Source: Aulosira sp. ZfuVER01
GTDB taxonomy: Bacteria > Cyanobacteriota > Cyanobacteriia > Cyanobacteriales > Nostocaceae
Direction: 5' to 3'
DNA length: 64,000 nt
Assembly: GCA_034530615.2 (NCBI GenBank)
Contig: JAVRCV020000049.1
Location: forward strand, 253,459 to 317,458
Within the stretch, counting starts at the first letter, position 1. Every line of letters begins with the position of its first letter. The notes under the pieces are model-generated. The model was not told the DNA's origin. It was given only the letters and a program-made list of their open reading frames with translations, and did not search any database. This document shows, in pieces, positions 53,002 through 62,452 of the stretch. The position numbers and the translations under genes are program-made.

Positions 53002-53242
53002 AACTTCACATTCCGCTACAACACCACTATTTTTTTCCGTAATCGCGTAACCTGAAACAGTATTCATTAATTATTTTCATTTTTATAAGTGAATGCTGCT
53101 AACGATCGCCACCACACACTCCCCAGCAACGGAGTTAGGCTACTTACTACATAAACACCCAGACCGTTGTCAGTCGTTTTCTTTGACGTTTGGACAAGCG
53201 CAGGTTCACAGTCTAGGTGTTTTATGGTATGCAGGGATATAA
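53002..53242 (+). pseudogene. Truncated duplicate of the hen1 5' region (upstream ~90 bp + first 38 codons)
   Basis: ATG 53093 gives MLLTIATTHSPATELGYLLHKHPDRCQSFSLTFGQAQV, then unrelated sequence with stop at 53242. Matches 56177..56385. Confidence 0.92.
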
Positions 53243-53274
53243 ACTGCTTTGTGTGTATGATTCTAGGGTCTTGT

Positions 53275-56004
53275 TTAGCCTTGCATTAATGCTTTAAACC
53301 GTTCATCATTTCTGATGCTGTCAAAATCAGGATTAGTTTTTGCTTCACTACGACATCGGGAAGGATTGAGATTTATTGCTTGTTGCAAGTTTTCAATTGT
53401 TAGCTCAATGTTTCCTTGCAAAGCGTAACAGCAAGCTTTGCCATAATGACCACTCTCATCATTAGGTTGTAGTTCTAGCGCTTTGTCACAACTAGCTATT
53501 GCCTCTTGGTAGCGACCTGCGCGAGCTAGTACAATACCTTGATTAGCCCACCATAGAGCATATTTTGGTTGAATTTTCACGGCTTCATTGATATTTGCCA
53601 GCGCTTCATCATAATGCCCTAAAAAACTCAGGGTTAAACTCTTAGAACTCAAATAACCTGGTTCATTTGCTCTAATATTTAACGCTATATTATAGCTAGC
53701 TAATGCTTCCTCATAACGCTTTAAATCGTTCAGTACATTGCCTCGATTGGCCCATGTGTTAGGGTATTCATCTTTAATTGCCAAAGCTTTGTCAAAGTTA
53801 GCTAATGCTTCCTCATAACGCTCTAAATTCGCCAGTGCATAGCCTCGATTTGACCATGCTGCTGGGTAGTCATCTTTAATTGCTAAAGCTTTTTCAAAGC
53901 TAGCTAATGCTTCCTCATAACGCTGTAACTTTAATAGCACAGCACCCCGTTTATTCCAGATTTCAGGAAAGTCATCTTTGATTGCCAAAGCTTTTTCATG
54001 GTTAGCCAAAGCCTCTTCGTATTCTCCCAATTCATATAGCCAATCACTGACATCTAAAAATAGACTACTGCTGAATTCAGGATGAGTATCAGTAGAAATA
54101 AGTTCAGCTTGCTCAATTGCTCGAAGTAGCAAATCTTTTCTTTGGCTAGGGTGGCTTCTCAGGGATTTATATAAAAGCCCAGCGTACTTACCCAGCCCAT
54201 CTTTCAAAAAGTCAACTTGATTTAAACAAGGTCTTAATACTGCTTCTAACTCTTCCTTAGAGGGGCCAGTCCCATTTTCGTAGTTCATTTCATATTGAGA
54301 TGGTTCATTTTCTAACATTACCCAACTAAAAAGAAAACCCAATGTTGTGCTTTTCAAAAACTTTTCAGTCGCATCGGGTAAGAGCTGATAATTCTCTACT
54401 GTTGCTTCGGCGATCACTGCTACAAAAGGAATAAATACTACTTCAATTTGCTTGAGATAGCGAGAAGCAAACAAATGGAAAATAAATTGACGCTGACCCT
54501 CATCCCTTCTAGCAAAAAGAGCATGATAGAGAAATTCAGCAGTGTATTTTCTCCAATCAGAATTTTCGTATTTTTCTGGTTCAGGGCTATCAACAGCAAC
54601 TTCCTGGTTTGCCCTTCCCTCATAATATATGGCTAGTAACTCATGAGTTGCACGAAATTCCGTTTTATCATCTTGATAAAATGAAAGTCGAAAAACATTA
54701 CGAGCCACATCATCCAAGCGATACTGACCTTGAACAAACTCAACAAAATCGCACTTTGTTAGCCAATCAAAACAGTTGAGAGTCGCATAAGCACCCGTTT
54801 CAAAATCTATTCCTTGTTTTTGCATTAAATACTCAATCAACGACCTATCAAACCAACGACAACAAGCTGCTAATTGCACTATCTGCTTTTGCTTTATACT
54901 CAGTCCTTGCAGTAGTAGTTCAGTAATCGCTTGGTTCCCACGAGAAAAATCAATATTTCTATTTGCTTCTTTCTCTCGTTTAATCCAGTTGAGATAGTAA
55001 GGTAAACCTTTAGTTGCTTTATATATTTTATGAATTTCACCAGATTTAGTAATGCCGATATGCTGAAGATATTCTTTTGTCTGTTCTTTATTGAATTCAT
55101 CTAGTCGTTGTTCATAAATCAAATCCCGATCCTGCTGCAATTTCCGCCAACTTTCTTTCTCAAGTACAGAACGCCGTCCTGCTACCACAATGCGAACAGG
55201 ATAAGATTTTAAAGCCGTATCTTCTAATAAATACTGCCACAGCCAAGTGTCAATATCTGATGGTGCTTTTTCATAGGTATCTAGAATCAGCACAATTGAG
55301 TGCTTTTGCTTTTGAGCTTTCTGTATCAAACCTTGAGCAAAGGCATGAGTTAACTTAGGTATTGGTTCCAGCATTAACTCCTGAAGTTCTTTGTTATTCT
55401 TGGTTGCTGGATGCTGTTGCAATAGTTCTTGCATACGCTCTTTACTTGATTTAAGCGCTTGTGGTGCATCCGATAACATTCCTCCGGCCTTAACCGCAGC
55501 ATCCAGACCTAAACTTAATGCTGTTCCGGGATCTCCCAAGTATCCTGCACTTGTTGCTAGTAGCATTCCTGTGCCTAATTCAAGCCAATCTTTAACTGTA
55601 TTTTGTTGTTGTGTATCAACTGATTTACCTTGAACAGGTTCAGTTTTTAGCTTGTAAAAAGTATCGTGATATCGCTCATAAAGTGATGTAAACGGGTCTG
55701 GTTTAGGTAAGATATCCCTTCGTAAAAGTCCCGTAGGTTTAGGTAATAGCTCATAAAGCTTTTCCATTAACTTCAATGGCGTTTCGATACCTGGTGTAAG
55801 ACCAAAAGACACTACTGCAAAGTCAGCTTGCGACTCGTGCATCTCTTGTAGTTTGTTGGTAAGGGTAGTTTTGCCAACTCCTCCAAACCCATAAACCTGA
55901 AACAAAAGTGAGTTAGACTCTGGAGATTCCAACGCCTTAGCAAATTTAGTGAAAAAGTCCTTGGCTTGCTGGCGAGAGATGTAAGGAGGTTTCTGATTAC
56001 TCAT
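53275..56004 (-). CDS. STAND-like P-loop NTPase with C-terminal TPR array
   Basis: Walker A GFGGVGKTT, Walker B VLILDTYE, VVAGR, GLPYYL (GxP), then ~7 TPRs ending YGKACCYALQG...PDFDSIRNDERF. Confidence 0.85.
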   Translation of the reverse strand: MSNQKPPYISRQQAKDFFTKFAKALESPESNSLLFQVYGFGGVGKTTLTNKLQEMHESQADFAVVSFGLTPGIETPLKLMEKLYELLPKPTGLLRRDILPKPDPFTSLYERYHDTFYKLKTEPVQGKSVDTQQQNTVKDWLELGTGMLLATSAGYLGDPGTALSLGLDAAVKAGGMLSDAPQALKSSKERMQELLQQHPATKNNKELQELMLEPIPKLTHAFAQGLIQKAQKQKHSIVLILDTYEKAPSDIDTWLWQYLLEDTALKSYPVRIVVAGRRSVLEKESWRKLQQDRDLIYEQRLDEFNKEQTKEYLQHIGITKSGEIHKIYKATKGLPYYLNWIKREKEANRNIDFSRGNQAITELLLQGLSIKQKQIVQLAACCRWFDRSLIEYLMQKQGIDFETGAYATLNCFDWLTKCDFVEFVQGQYRLDDVARNVFRLSFYQDDKTEFRATHELLAIYYEGRANQEVAVDSPEPEKYENSDWRKYTAEFLYHALFARRDEGQRQFIFHLFASRYLKQIEVVFIPFVAVIAEATVENYQLLPDATEKFLKSTTLGFLFSWVMLENEPSQYEMNYENGTGPSKEELEAVLRPCLNQVDFLKDGLGKYAGLLYKSLRSHPSQRKDLLLRAIEQAELISTDTHPEFSSSLFLDVSDWLYELGEYEEALANHEKALAIKDDFPEIWNKRGAVLLKLQRYEEALASFEKALAIKDDYPAAWSNRGYALANLERYEEALANFDKALAIKDEYPNTWANRGNVLNDLKRYEEALASYNIALNIRANEPGYLSSKSLTLSFLGHYDEALANINEAVKIQPKYALWWANQGIVLARAGRYQEAIASCDKALELQPNDESGHYGKACCYALQGNIELTIENLQQAINLNPSRCRSEAKTNPDFDSIRNDERFKALMQG

Positions 56005-56271
56005 TTAGTCTTGGAAATACTGGAATGCTTGTATAAGATTTTAGCCAGTATTAATCTAATTCAGCATCTTTAAAATCATCTCTTTTAAGCAATTGTTTAA
56101 AAGCGAGATTGAATCGTCGTAATTTTTAATCTTACATTTGATACCAAACGATCACCCTTTCCCCTTTCCAAGCACAAACTTCATATTCCTCAACAACACC
56201 GTTATTTATTTCCGTAATCGCTTACGCTAAAGCGGTATTCATCAACTATTCGCATATCTCCATACCAGTGA

Positions 56272-57654
56272 ATGCTGCTTACCATCACCACCACACACTC
56301 TCCAGCAACGGAGTTAGGCTACCTGTTACATAAACACCCAGACCGTTGTCAGTCTTTTTCTTTGACGTTTGGACAGGCGCACGTTTTCTACCCGGAAGCG
56401 AAACCAGAAAGCTGTACGGCGGCGTTGCTGTTAGATGTCGATCCGGTGAAGTTAGTGCGGGGAAAGGGTGCTAGGCTAGAACAGTATGTAAGCGATCGCC
56501 CTTATGTTGCTTCTTCATTTTTGAGTGTTGCGATCGCGCAAGTATTTAGCACTGCATTGTCAGGTCGTTGCAAAGATAAACCAGAACTTGCGCAAACTCC
56601 CATTCCTTTAGTTGTAAAAATCTCTGTCTTACCTTGTCGTGGTGGTGAAAGTTTTCTGCGCCAACTATTTGAACCGTTGGGTTACACAGTAAATGCCCAA
56701 AGCCACACCTTAGATGAGGAATTTCCTGATTGGGGACAGAGCAAATATTTTACGGTAGAACTGCAACACACCATACCACTCAGCGATTTATTGAGTCATC
56801 TTTATGTGTTAATTCCGGTGTTGGATGACGATAAACATTACTGGGTCAACGAGGATGAAATAGAAAAGTTACTGCGTCATGGTGAAGGTTGGTTAAGTCA
56901 ACATCCAGCGCGATCGCAAATTACCAGGCGTTACCTCAAGCGCCAGCATCGCTTAACTCGTGAAGCTTTAGCCCAACTCGCAGAAGAAGACAATCCAGAC
57001 CCGGATAGCGCTGAAGAAAGTCATGCTGAGGAAGAAGCGGCGGTAGAAAAGCCCATTAGCTTGAATCAGCAGCGGATGAATGCTGTAATTGCTGCTTTGA
57101 AAAAAAGTAATGCCAAGCAAGTAATTGATTTAGGTTGCGGTCAAGGTAATCTCGTTAAAAGTTTACTCCAAGATACCTTTTTTGAAAAAATTACAGGCGT
57201 AGATGTTTCCTACAGGGCATTAGAAATTGCTCAAGAAAGATTAGACCGTCTACGCCTTCCCCGCAATCAATGGGAACGTTTGCAACTAATTCAAGGCGCG
57301 CTTACCTATCAAGATAAACGCCTCAAAGGGTATGATGCTGCTACAGTAATTGAAGTAATTGAGCATCTTGATTTACCGCGTTTGGGAGCATTTGAGCGAG
57401 TTTTATTTGAGTTTGCACGTCCAAAAACAGTAGTAGTAACAACACCAAATATTGAGTACAACGTTAAATTTGAAAACCTCCCCGCTGGCAAACTGCGACA
57501 TAAAGACCACCGCTTTGAATGGACACGGTTAGAGTTTCAAGATTGGGGAAATAAAGTAGCAGAAAGATTTGGCTATGCTGTGGAGTTTCAATCTGTAGGG
57601 ATGGAAGATGTAGAAGTTGGTTCACCTACACAGATGGCGGTGTTTAGTTGTTAG
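56272..57654 (+). CDS. hen1: 3'-terminal RNA ribose 2'-O-methyltransferase Hen1
   Basis: N-terminal ligase-activating domain (LGYLLHKHP, YVSDRPY, KHYWV). MTase VIDLGCGQG, EVIEH, RHKDHRFEWTR. Confidence 0.95.
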   Translation: MLLTITTTHSPATELGYLLHKHPDRCQSFSLTFGQAHVFYPEAKPESCTAALLLDVDPVKLVRGKGARLEQYVSDRPYVASSFLSVAIAQVFSTALSGRCKDKPELAQTPIPLVVKISVLPCRGGESFLRQLFEPLGYTVNAQSHTLDEEFPDWGQSKYFTVELQHTIPLSDLLSHLYVLIPVLDDDKHYWVNEDEIEKLLRHGEGWLSQHPARSQITRRYLKRQHRLTREALAQLAEEDNPDPDSAEESHAEEEAAVEKPISLNQQRMNAVIAALKKSNAKQVIDLGCGQGNLVKSLLQDTFFEKITGVDVSYRALEIAQERLDRLRLPRNQWERLQLIQGALTYQDKRLKGYDAATVIEVIEHLDLPRLGAFERVLFEFARPKTVVVTTPNIEYNVKFENLPAGKLRHKDHRFEWTRLEFQDWGNKVAERFGYAVEFQSVGMEDVEVGSPTQMAVFSC

Positions 57655-57678
57655 AAATTTTTTCGTAACCCCAGATGA

Positions 57679-58128
57679 ATGGAAGCAATTATATTTATAG
57701 GTATCCAAGGAGCAGGTAAGTCTACTTTTTATCGCGATCGCTTCTTTAATACTCACATCCGCATTAACCTAGATATGCTCAAAACTCGCCATCGCGAGCA
57801 AATTATTTTTCAGGCTTGTTTGGAAGCTAAACAGCCTTTTGTTATCGATAACACTAATCCAACTATCGAGGAGAGAAGACGTTACATTACACCCGCTAAA
57901 GAGAAATACTTTCGGGTTGTGGGTTACTACTTTCAAGCTGTATTAGAAGATTGTAAGCAACGCAACAAACAAAGACCGCCGGAACAAATTATTCCTTTAG
58001 TAGGGCTATTAGCAACTTATAAAAAATTAGTTGTGCCGAGTTGGGAAGAAGGATTTGATGCAATTTATGTAGTGAAACCTGATTTAAATTATTCATTTAT
58101 TGTTGAGGAATGGAAGCGTGAAATTTGA
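57679..58128 (+). CDS. Small P-loop kinase (AAA_33 / polynucleotide-kinase-like)
   Basis: IFIGIQGAGKSTF, INLD, VIDNTN...R, C..RN..R. Confidence 0.85.
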   Translation: MEAIIFIGIQGAGKSTFYRDRFFNTHIRINLDMLKTRHREQIIFQACLEAKQPFVIDNTNPTIEERRRYITPAKEKYFRVVGYYFQAVLEDCKQRNKQRPPEQIIPLVGLLATYKKLVVPSWEEGFDAIYVVKPDLNYSFIVEEWKREI

Positions 58129-58882
58129 TGAACTTGATAGCAGGATGCGAATATTTGAAACAGCACACGACCATTGTGTGTTACCTGGACTGTATATTGT
58201 TGCCAGATTAGATGGACGCGGCTTTACCCGACTAACAAAAGAAGTGCATCAATTTGAGGCTCCTTTTGATACCCGCTTTCGGGATTTGATGGTGGAAACA
58301 GTCGAACATTTGATGAATTGCGGCATCGATATAATTTATGGGTATACCCAAAGTGATGAAATCTCTCTACTTTTTGCTCACAACGAAAACACCTTCAGTC
58401 GTAAATTAAGAAAACTCGACTCAGTTTTAGCAGGTGAAGCCAGCGCCAAATTTTCAGTATTGTTAGGTTCTTTAGGCTGTTTTGATTGTCGAATTTCTCA
58501 GCTTCCTAATACAGAAGAAGTAGTAAATTATTTTCGTTGGCGAAATGAGGATGCTCATCGAAATGCACTGAATGCTCATTGCTATTGGTGTTTGCGTCGA
58601 GATGGGAAAAATACTACAACAGCAACCAGCATGATGAAAGGGTTATCTGTTGCTGATAAAAACGAATTGTTATTTCAACATGGGATTAATTTTAATCAGC
58701 TTCCCAACTGGCATAAACGCGGTGTAGGGCTTTATTGGGAAGAATACGAAAAGCAAGGATTTAACCCCATCAAAGGTGAAATTGTCCCAGCATTGCGACG
58801 ACGCATCAAACGAGATTTCGACTTACCAATGAAAGATGAATACAGCCAATTTATTGCCGAACTAGTCAGCGCAAAACCATAA
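58118..58882 (+). CDS. Thg1-like protein (tRNA-His guanylyltransferase family 3'-5' polymerase)
   Basis: ARLDGRGF, YTQSDEISL, FDCR, YFRWRNEDAHRNALN, GINFN.LP.W.KRG. GTG start overlaps the kinase end. Confidence 0.93.
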   Translation: MKFDELDSRMRIFETAHDHCVLPGLYIVARLDGRGFTRLTKEVHQFEAPFDTRFRDLMVETVEHLMNCGIDIIYGYTQSDEISLLFAHNENTFSRKLRKLDSVLAGEASAKFSVLLGSLGCFDCRISQLPNTEEVVNYFRWRNEDAHRNALNAHCYWCLRRDGKNTTTATSMMKGLSVADKNELLFQHGINFNQLPNWHKRGVGLYWEEYEKQGFNPIKGEIVPALRRRIKRDFDLPMKDEYSQFIAELVSAKP

Positions 58883-58948
58883 ATAAAACTCCGCGTACCT
58901 TTGCGCTTACTCTGCGCTCCTTTGCGTTAAAAAAACCAATTATCTAAT

Positions 58949-61597
58949 ATGAAAATTACTATCCCCGAACTTTCTCTCATTGTCCTTATCGGTGCTTCTG
59001 GTTCCGGTAAATCAACCTTTGCTCGCAAGCATTTTCAACCTTTTGAAGTTTTATCTTCAGACTTTTGTCGCGGCTTGGTTTCTAATGATGAAAATAATCA
59101 ATCTGTTTCTGGTGATGCTTTTGCAGTGCTGCACTTTATCACCGCCAAGCGACTAGCCGCAGGTAAATTAACTGTGGTTGATGCTACCAACGTGCAAATG
59201 GAAGACCGCAAACATTTGCTACAAATGGCACGAGATTATCATTGTTTTGCGATCGCAGTCGTTCTCGACCTACCAGAAGAATTATGTCACGAACGCAACC
59301 AACAAAGAAGCGATCGCAATTTTGGTTCCCATGTCGTGCGTCGTCATACCCAAATGTTGCGGCGTTCTCTACGCGGTTTAGAAAAGGAAGGCTTCCGCTA
59401 TGTCTACACTCTCAAATCTCTGGAGGAAATAGACTCAGTTGAAATCGAACGTCAACCGCTGTGGAACAACCTAAAACACGAACACGGCCCCTTTGATATC
59501 ATCGGTGACATTCACGGCTGTGGGGATGAACTCGAAGCATTGTTGCAACAGTTAGGGTATGTGAAAAGCAAAGGGGACAAGGGGGACAGGGGGGACAAGG
59601 AAGAATTTGCTACCTCATCTTCCCACACTCCCCACACTCCCCACACTCCCCCCTCTCCCCTCTGGAATGCACCCACCTACCACCATCCCCAAGGACGGAA
59701 AGCTGTGTTTCTTGGGGATCTGGTAGACCGAGGCCCCCGGATATTAGATACAGTCAAGTTAGTCCGGAATATGGTGATAGCGGGTACAGCTATCTGCGTT
59801 CCTGGTAATCATGAAAACAAGCTGTTGCGGAAACTACGCGGTAAGAATGTCCGAGTTAATCATGGGTTAGAGCAAACTTTGCAGGAGATTGAAGCGTTAC
59901 CTGATGCAGTGCGGGAACCCTTTACTCAAGAACTGCAAGAATTTTTAGATTCCCTAGTCAGTCATTACCTCCTTGATGGTGGGCGGTTAGTCGTAGCCCA
60001 CGCTGGGATGAAACAAGAAATGCAAGGGCGGGGTTCTGGTGCGGTGCGGGAGTTCGCGCTGTATGGCGAAAGTACAGGGGAAATTGATGAATTTGGCTTA
60101 CCCGTGCGCTACAACTGGGCGGGTGAGTACCGGGGTGAAGCAATGGTGGTATACGGACATACCCCTGTACCTGAGGCGGAATGGCTGAATAATACTATTG
60201 ATATTGATACAGGTTGCGTCTTTGGCGGTAAATTAACTGCGCTGCGCTATCCTGAAAGGGAATTGGTGAGTATACCTGCGGCGCGTACTTACTGCGAACC
60301 GATTAAACCTTTGGTGCAAAACACCTTTACCCGCACATCTCAGCAAGAACTGGATGATGTTTTGCACATTGAAGATGTATTAGGTAAGCGCATTATTAAC
60401 ACTCGACTGCAATCTAACATTACCATTCGCGAAGAAAATGCGATCGCAGCTTTAGAAGTAATGAGCCGGTTTGCAGCTAATCCCAAATGGTTGATTTACT
60501 TACCTCCTACCATGTCCCCGGTAGCGACATCCTCATTACCAGGATTGTTAGAACATCCTGCACAAGCTTTTAACTATTACCAAAGCCAAGAAATTACTGA
60601 GGTTGTATGCGAAGAAAAACACATGGGTTCGCGAGCAATAGTAATTGTTTGCCGAGATGTGGCTGCTGCACAGAAACGTTTTGGTGTGGTAGATGAAGGT
60701 ATCGGTATCTGCTACACCCGCACTGGAAGGCGATTTTTTGACGAGCCAGCACTGGAAACAGAACTCTTAGCGCGGGTAAATGCAGCCCTCTCTGCAAGCG
60801 GCTTTTGGGAAACATTTAATACCGACTGGGTATGTTTAGATTGTGAATTAATGCCTTGGTCAGCGAAAGCGCAGGGATTATTGCGATCGCAGTATGCACC
60901 TGTAGGAGTAGCATCACGCTTTGCTCTTAATGATGCCGTATCTTTGTTACAACAAGCAAGCGATCGCGGTGTAGACGTTACCAGCCAACTCAGCCACTAC
61001 CAACAACGCGCAGAGATGGCGCATCAATATGTTGCAGCTTATCGCCGTTACTGCTGGTCTGTCACCGATATTTCTCAGTTAAAGCTAGCTCCTTTCCACA
61101 TCCTAGCAACAGAGGGAGCCGTGCATATTGATAAAGACCACCGTTGGCACATGGAACAAGCCGCCAAAATTTGCCAAGCAGATCCATCTTTACTCCTAGC
61201 TACTGCTTACAAAGTCATCGATTTAACAGATCCTAGCAGCCAAGCTGAGGGAGTTCATTGGTGGGAAGAACTTACCAAAGCCGGGGGAGAAGGAATGGTA
61301 GTCAAACCTATGCAATACATTGTTCAAGGTAGCCGGGGGATTGTGCAACCTGCGGTGAAATGTCGCGGACAGGAATATCTGCGAATCATCTACGGCCCCG
61401 AATACTCCAGCCCAGAGAATCTGCAACGCCTGCGTCAAAGGGGGTTATCTCTCAAACGTTCTCTAGCCATGCGCGAATTTGCTCTAGGTGTGGAAGCCTT
61501 AGAGCGATTTGTCAACAATACCCCACTCCGCCGTGTCCATGAATGCGTTTTCGGCATTTTAGCGTTAGAGAGCGAACCAGTCGATCCGCGACTTTAA
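58949..61597 (+). CDS. pnkp: Polynucleotide kinase-phosphatase-ligase Pnkp
   Basis: Kinase GASGSGKS. Metallophosphatase GDIHG/GDLVDRG/GNHE/GHTP. Ligase EEKHMGSR, EGMVVKP, KCRG. Confidence 0.95.
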   Translation: MKITIPELSLIVLIGASGSGKSTFARKHFQPFEVLSSDFCRGLVSNDENNQSVSGDAFAVLHFITAKRLAAGKLTVVDATNVQMEDRKHLLQMARDYHCFAIAVVLDLPEELCHERNQQRSDRNFGSHVVRRHTQMLRRSLRGLEKEGFRYVYTLKSLEEIDSVEIERQPLWNNLKHEHGPFDIIGDIHGCGDELEALLQQLGYVKSKGDKGDRGDKEEFATSSSHTPHTPHTPPSPLWNAPTYHHPQGRKAVFLGDLVDRGPRILDTVKLVRNMVIAGTAICVPGNHENKLLRKLRGKNVRVNHGLEQTLQEIEALPDAVREPFTQELQEFLDSLVSHYLLDGGRLVVAHAGMKQEMQGRGSGAVREFALYGESTGEIDEFGLPVRYNWAGEYRGEAMVVYGHTPVPEAEWLNNTIDIDTGCVFGGKLTALRYPERELVSIPAARTYCEPIKPLVQNTFTRTSQQELDDVLHIEDVLGKRIINTRLQSNITIREENAIAALEVMSRFAANPKWLIYLPPTMSPVATSSLPGLLEHPAQAFNYYQSQEITEVVCEEKHMGSRAIVIVCRDVAAAQKRFGVVDEGIGICYTRTGRRFFDEPALETELLARVNAALSASGFWETFNTDWVCLDCELMPWSAKAQGLLRSQYAPVGVASRFALNDAVSLLQQASDRGVDVTSQLSHYQQRAEMAHQYVAAYRRYCWSVTDISQLKLAPFHILATEGAVHIDKDHRWHMEQAAKICQADPSLLLATAYKVIDLTDPSSQAEGVHWWEELTKAGGEGMVVKPMQYIVQGSRGIVQPAVKCRGQEYLRIIYGPEYSSPENLQRLRQRGLSLKRSLAMREFALGVEALERFVNNTPLRRVHECVFGILALESEPVDPRL
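59571..59661. repeat. In-frame STRR-derived insertion in pnkp
   Basis: (AGGGGGACA)n and (CCCCACACT)n encoding KGDKGDRGDK...HTPHTPHTP. Confidence 0.85.
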
Positions 61598-61848
61598 TGC
61601 ATCGGCCTGTAATGCGATCGGATTGTTTGACGGATATCTTCCCAATCTTGAACAGTCATTTCTGTTGCATCTCCAGAATTTAATCCTTCCAGAAGTATTG
61701 TTTCAGGATATTCTTTAGCTCTTTGTTTTTGGTCTTGTCGCACTAATGCACAAAAATACTCGCTAACACTGCTGTAACCACCTTGAGCTACCTGCTCTTC
61801 CACATAAGCTCGCATTGTGTCAGGTAAAAAAATATTTATTCTTTTCAC
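61594..61848 (-). CDS. Type II antitoxin, ParD-like RHH (no toxin adjacent)
   Basis: INIFLP..MRAYVEEQVAQGGYSSVSEY...LVRQDQ...LLEGLNSG...DWEDIR. Confidence 0.82.
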   Translation of the reverse strand: MKRINIFLPDTMRAYVEEQVAQGGYSSVSEYFCALVRQDQKQRAKEYPETILLEGLNSGDATEMTVQDWEDIRQTIRSHYRPMH

Positions 61849-61900
61849 AAGAGTTCATATCTTGAATATGTTTTTCTACATTCTGGCAGTTTTTGCCATT

Positions 61901-62452
61901 TTAGGTTATGGAAAAAGAAGATGGAATAAGCGATAATAAAAACTTAATAATTTCTTGTATTAATGGATGTTGTTGTAATATATTAATTTCTTTCTCATTT
62001 ATATTGCTAAATATTCTTGAATTTATTTGCTTATTATTGCCAAATACTGTCTCTAAAAAATTTTTAGGATTTCTTTGTGCTAACTGCCATTCTAAATCAT
62101 TGAATTGGCATTTTGCTAGTTGTTCAATGAATAATTTATCTTGTAAAAATACGGTTTCTAATTCAGGAATTGCTAGAAAAAGTTGATAAGGGATTCCAGA
62201 TGATGCCTGATTTAATACATAATTGATTAAATCATACCTTTCAAATATTTGAGATTCGTTATCTGTATCTGCATCTAAGACAAGAGCAACAGGTGTTTTA
62301 CGAGTAGCAAGAAGAGAACTAGCTAAAGAACGCGCTCTATAAGAACTTTCACCAGGTATAAATTGGATATCTTGACTCAGATTTTTTGGCAATAATCTCT
62401 GTAAAATTTCTATATCTCTATTATCTTCTGTAATTATATATGCTAGTGTCAT
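61901..62452 (-). CDS. Hypothetical protein with TOPRIM-like acidic motifs
   Basis: YIITEDNRD...LVLDADTD...PELE. Coupled by an ATGA overlap to the upstream REase. Confidence 0.6.
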   Translation of the reverse strand: MTLAYIITEDNRDIEILQRLLPKNLSQDIQFIPGESSYRARSLASSLLATRKTPVALVLDADTDNESQIFERYDLINYVLNQASSGIPYQLFLAIPELETVFLQDKLFIEQLAKCQFNDLEWQLAQRNPKNFLETVFGNNKQINSRIFSNINEKEINILQQHPLIQEIIKFLLSLIPSSFSIT

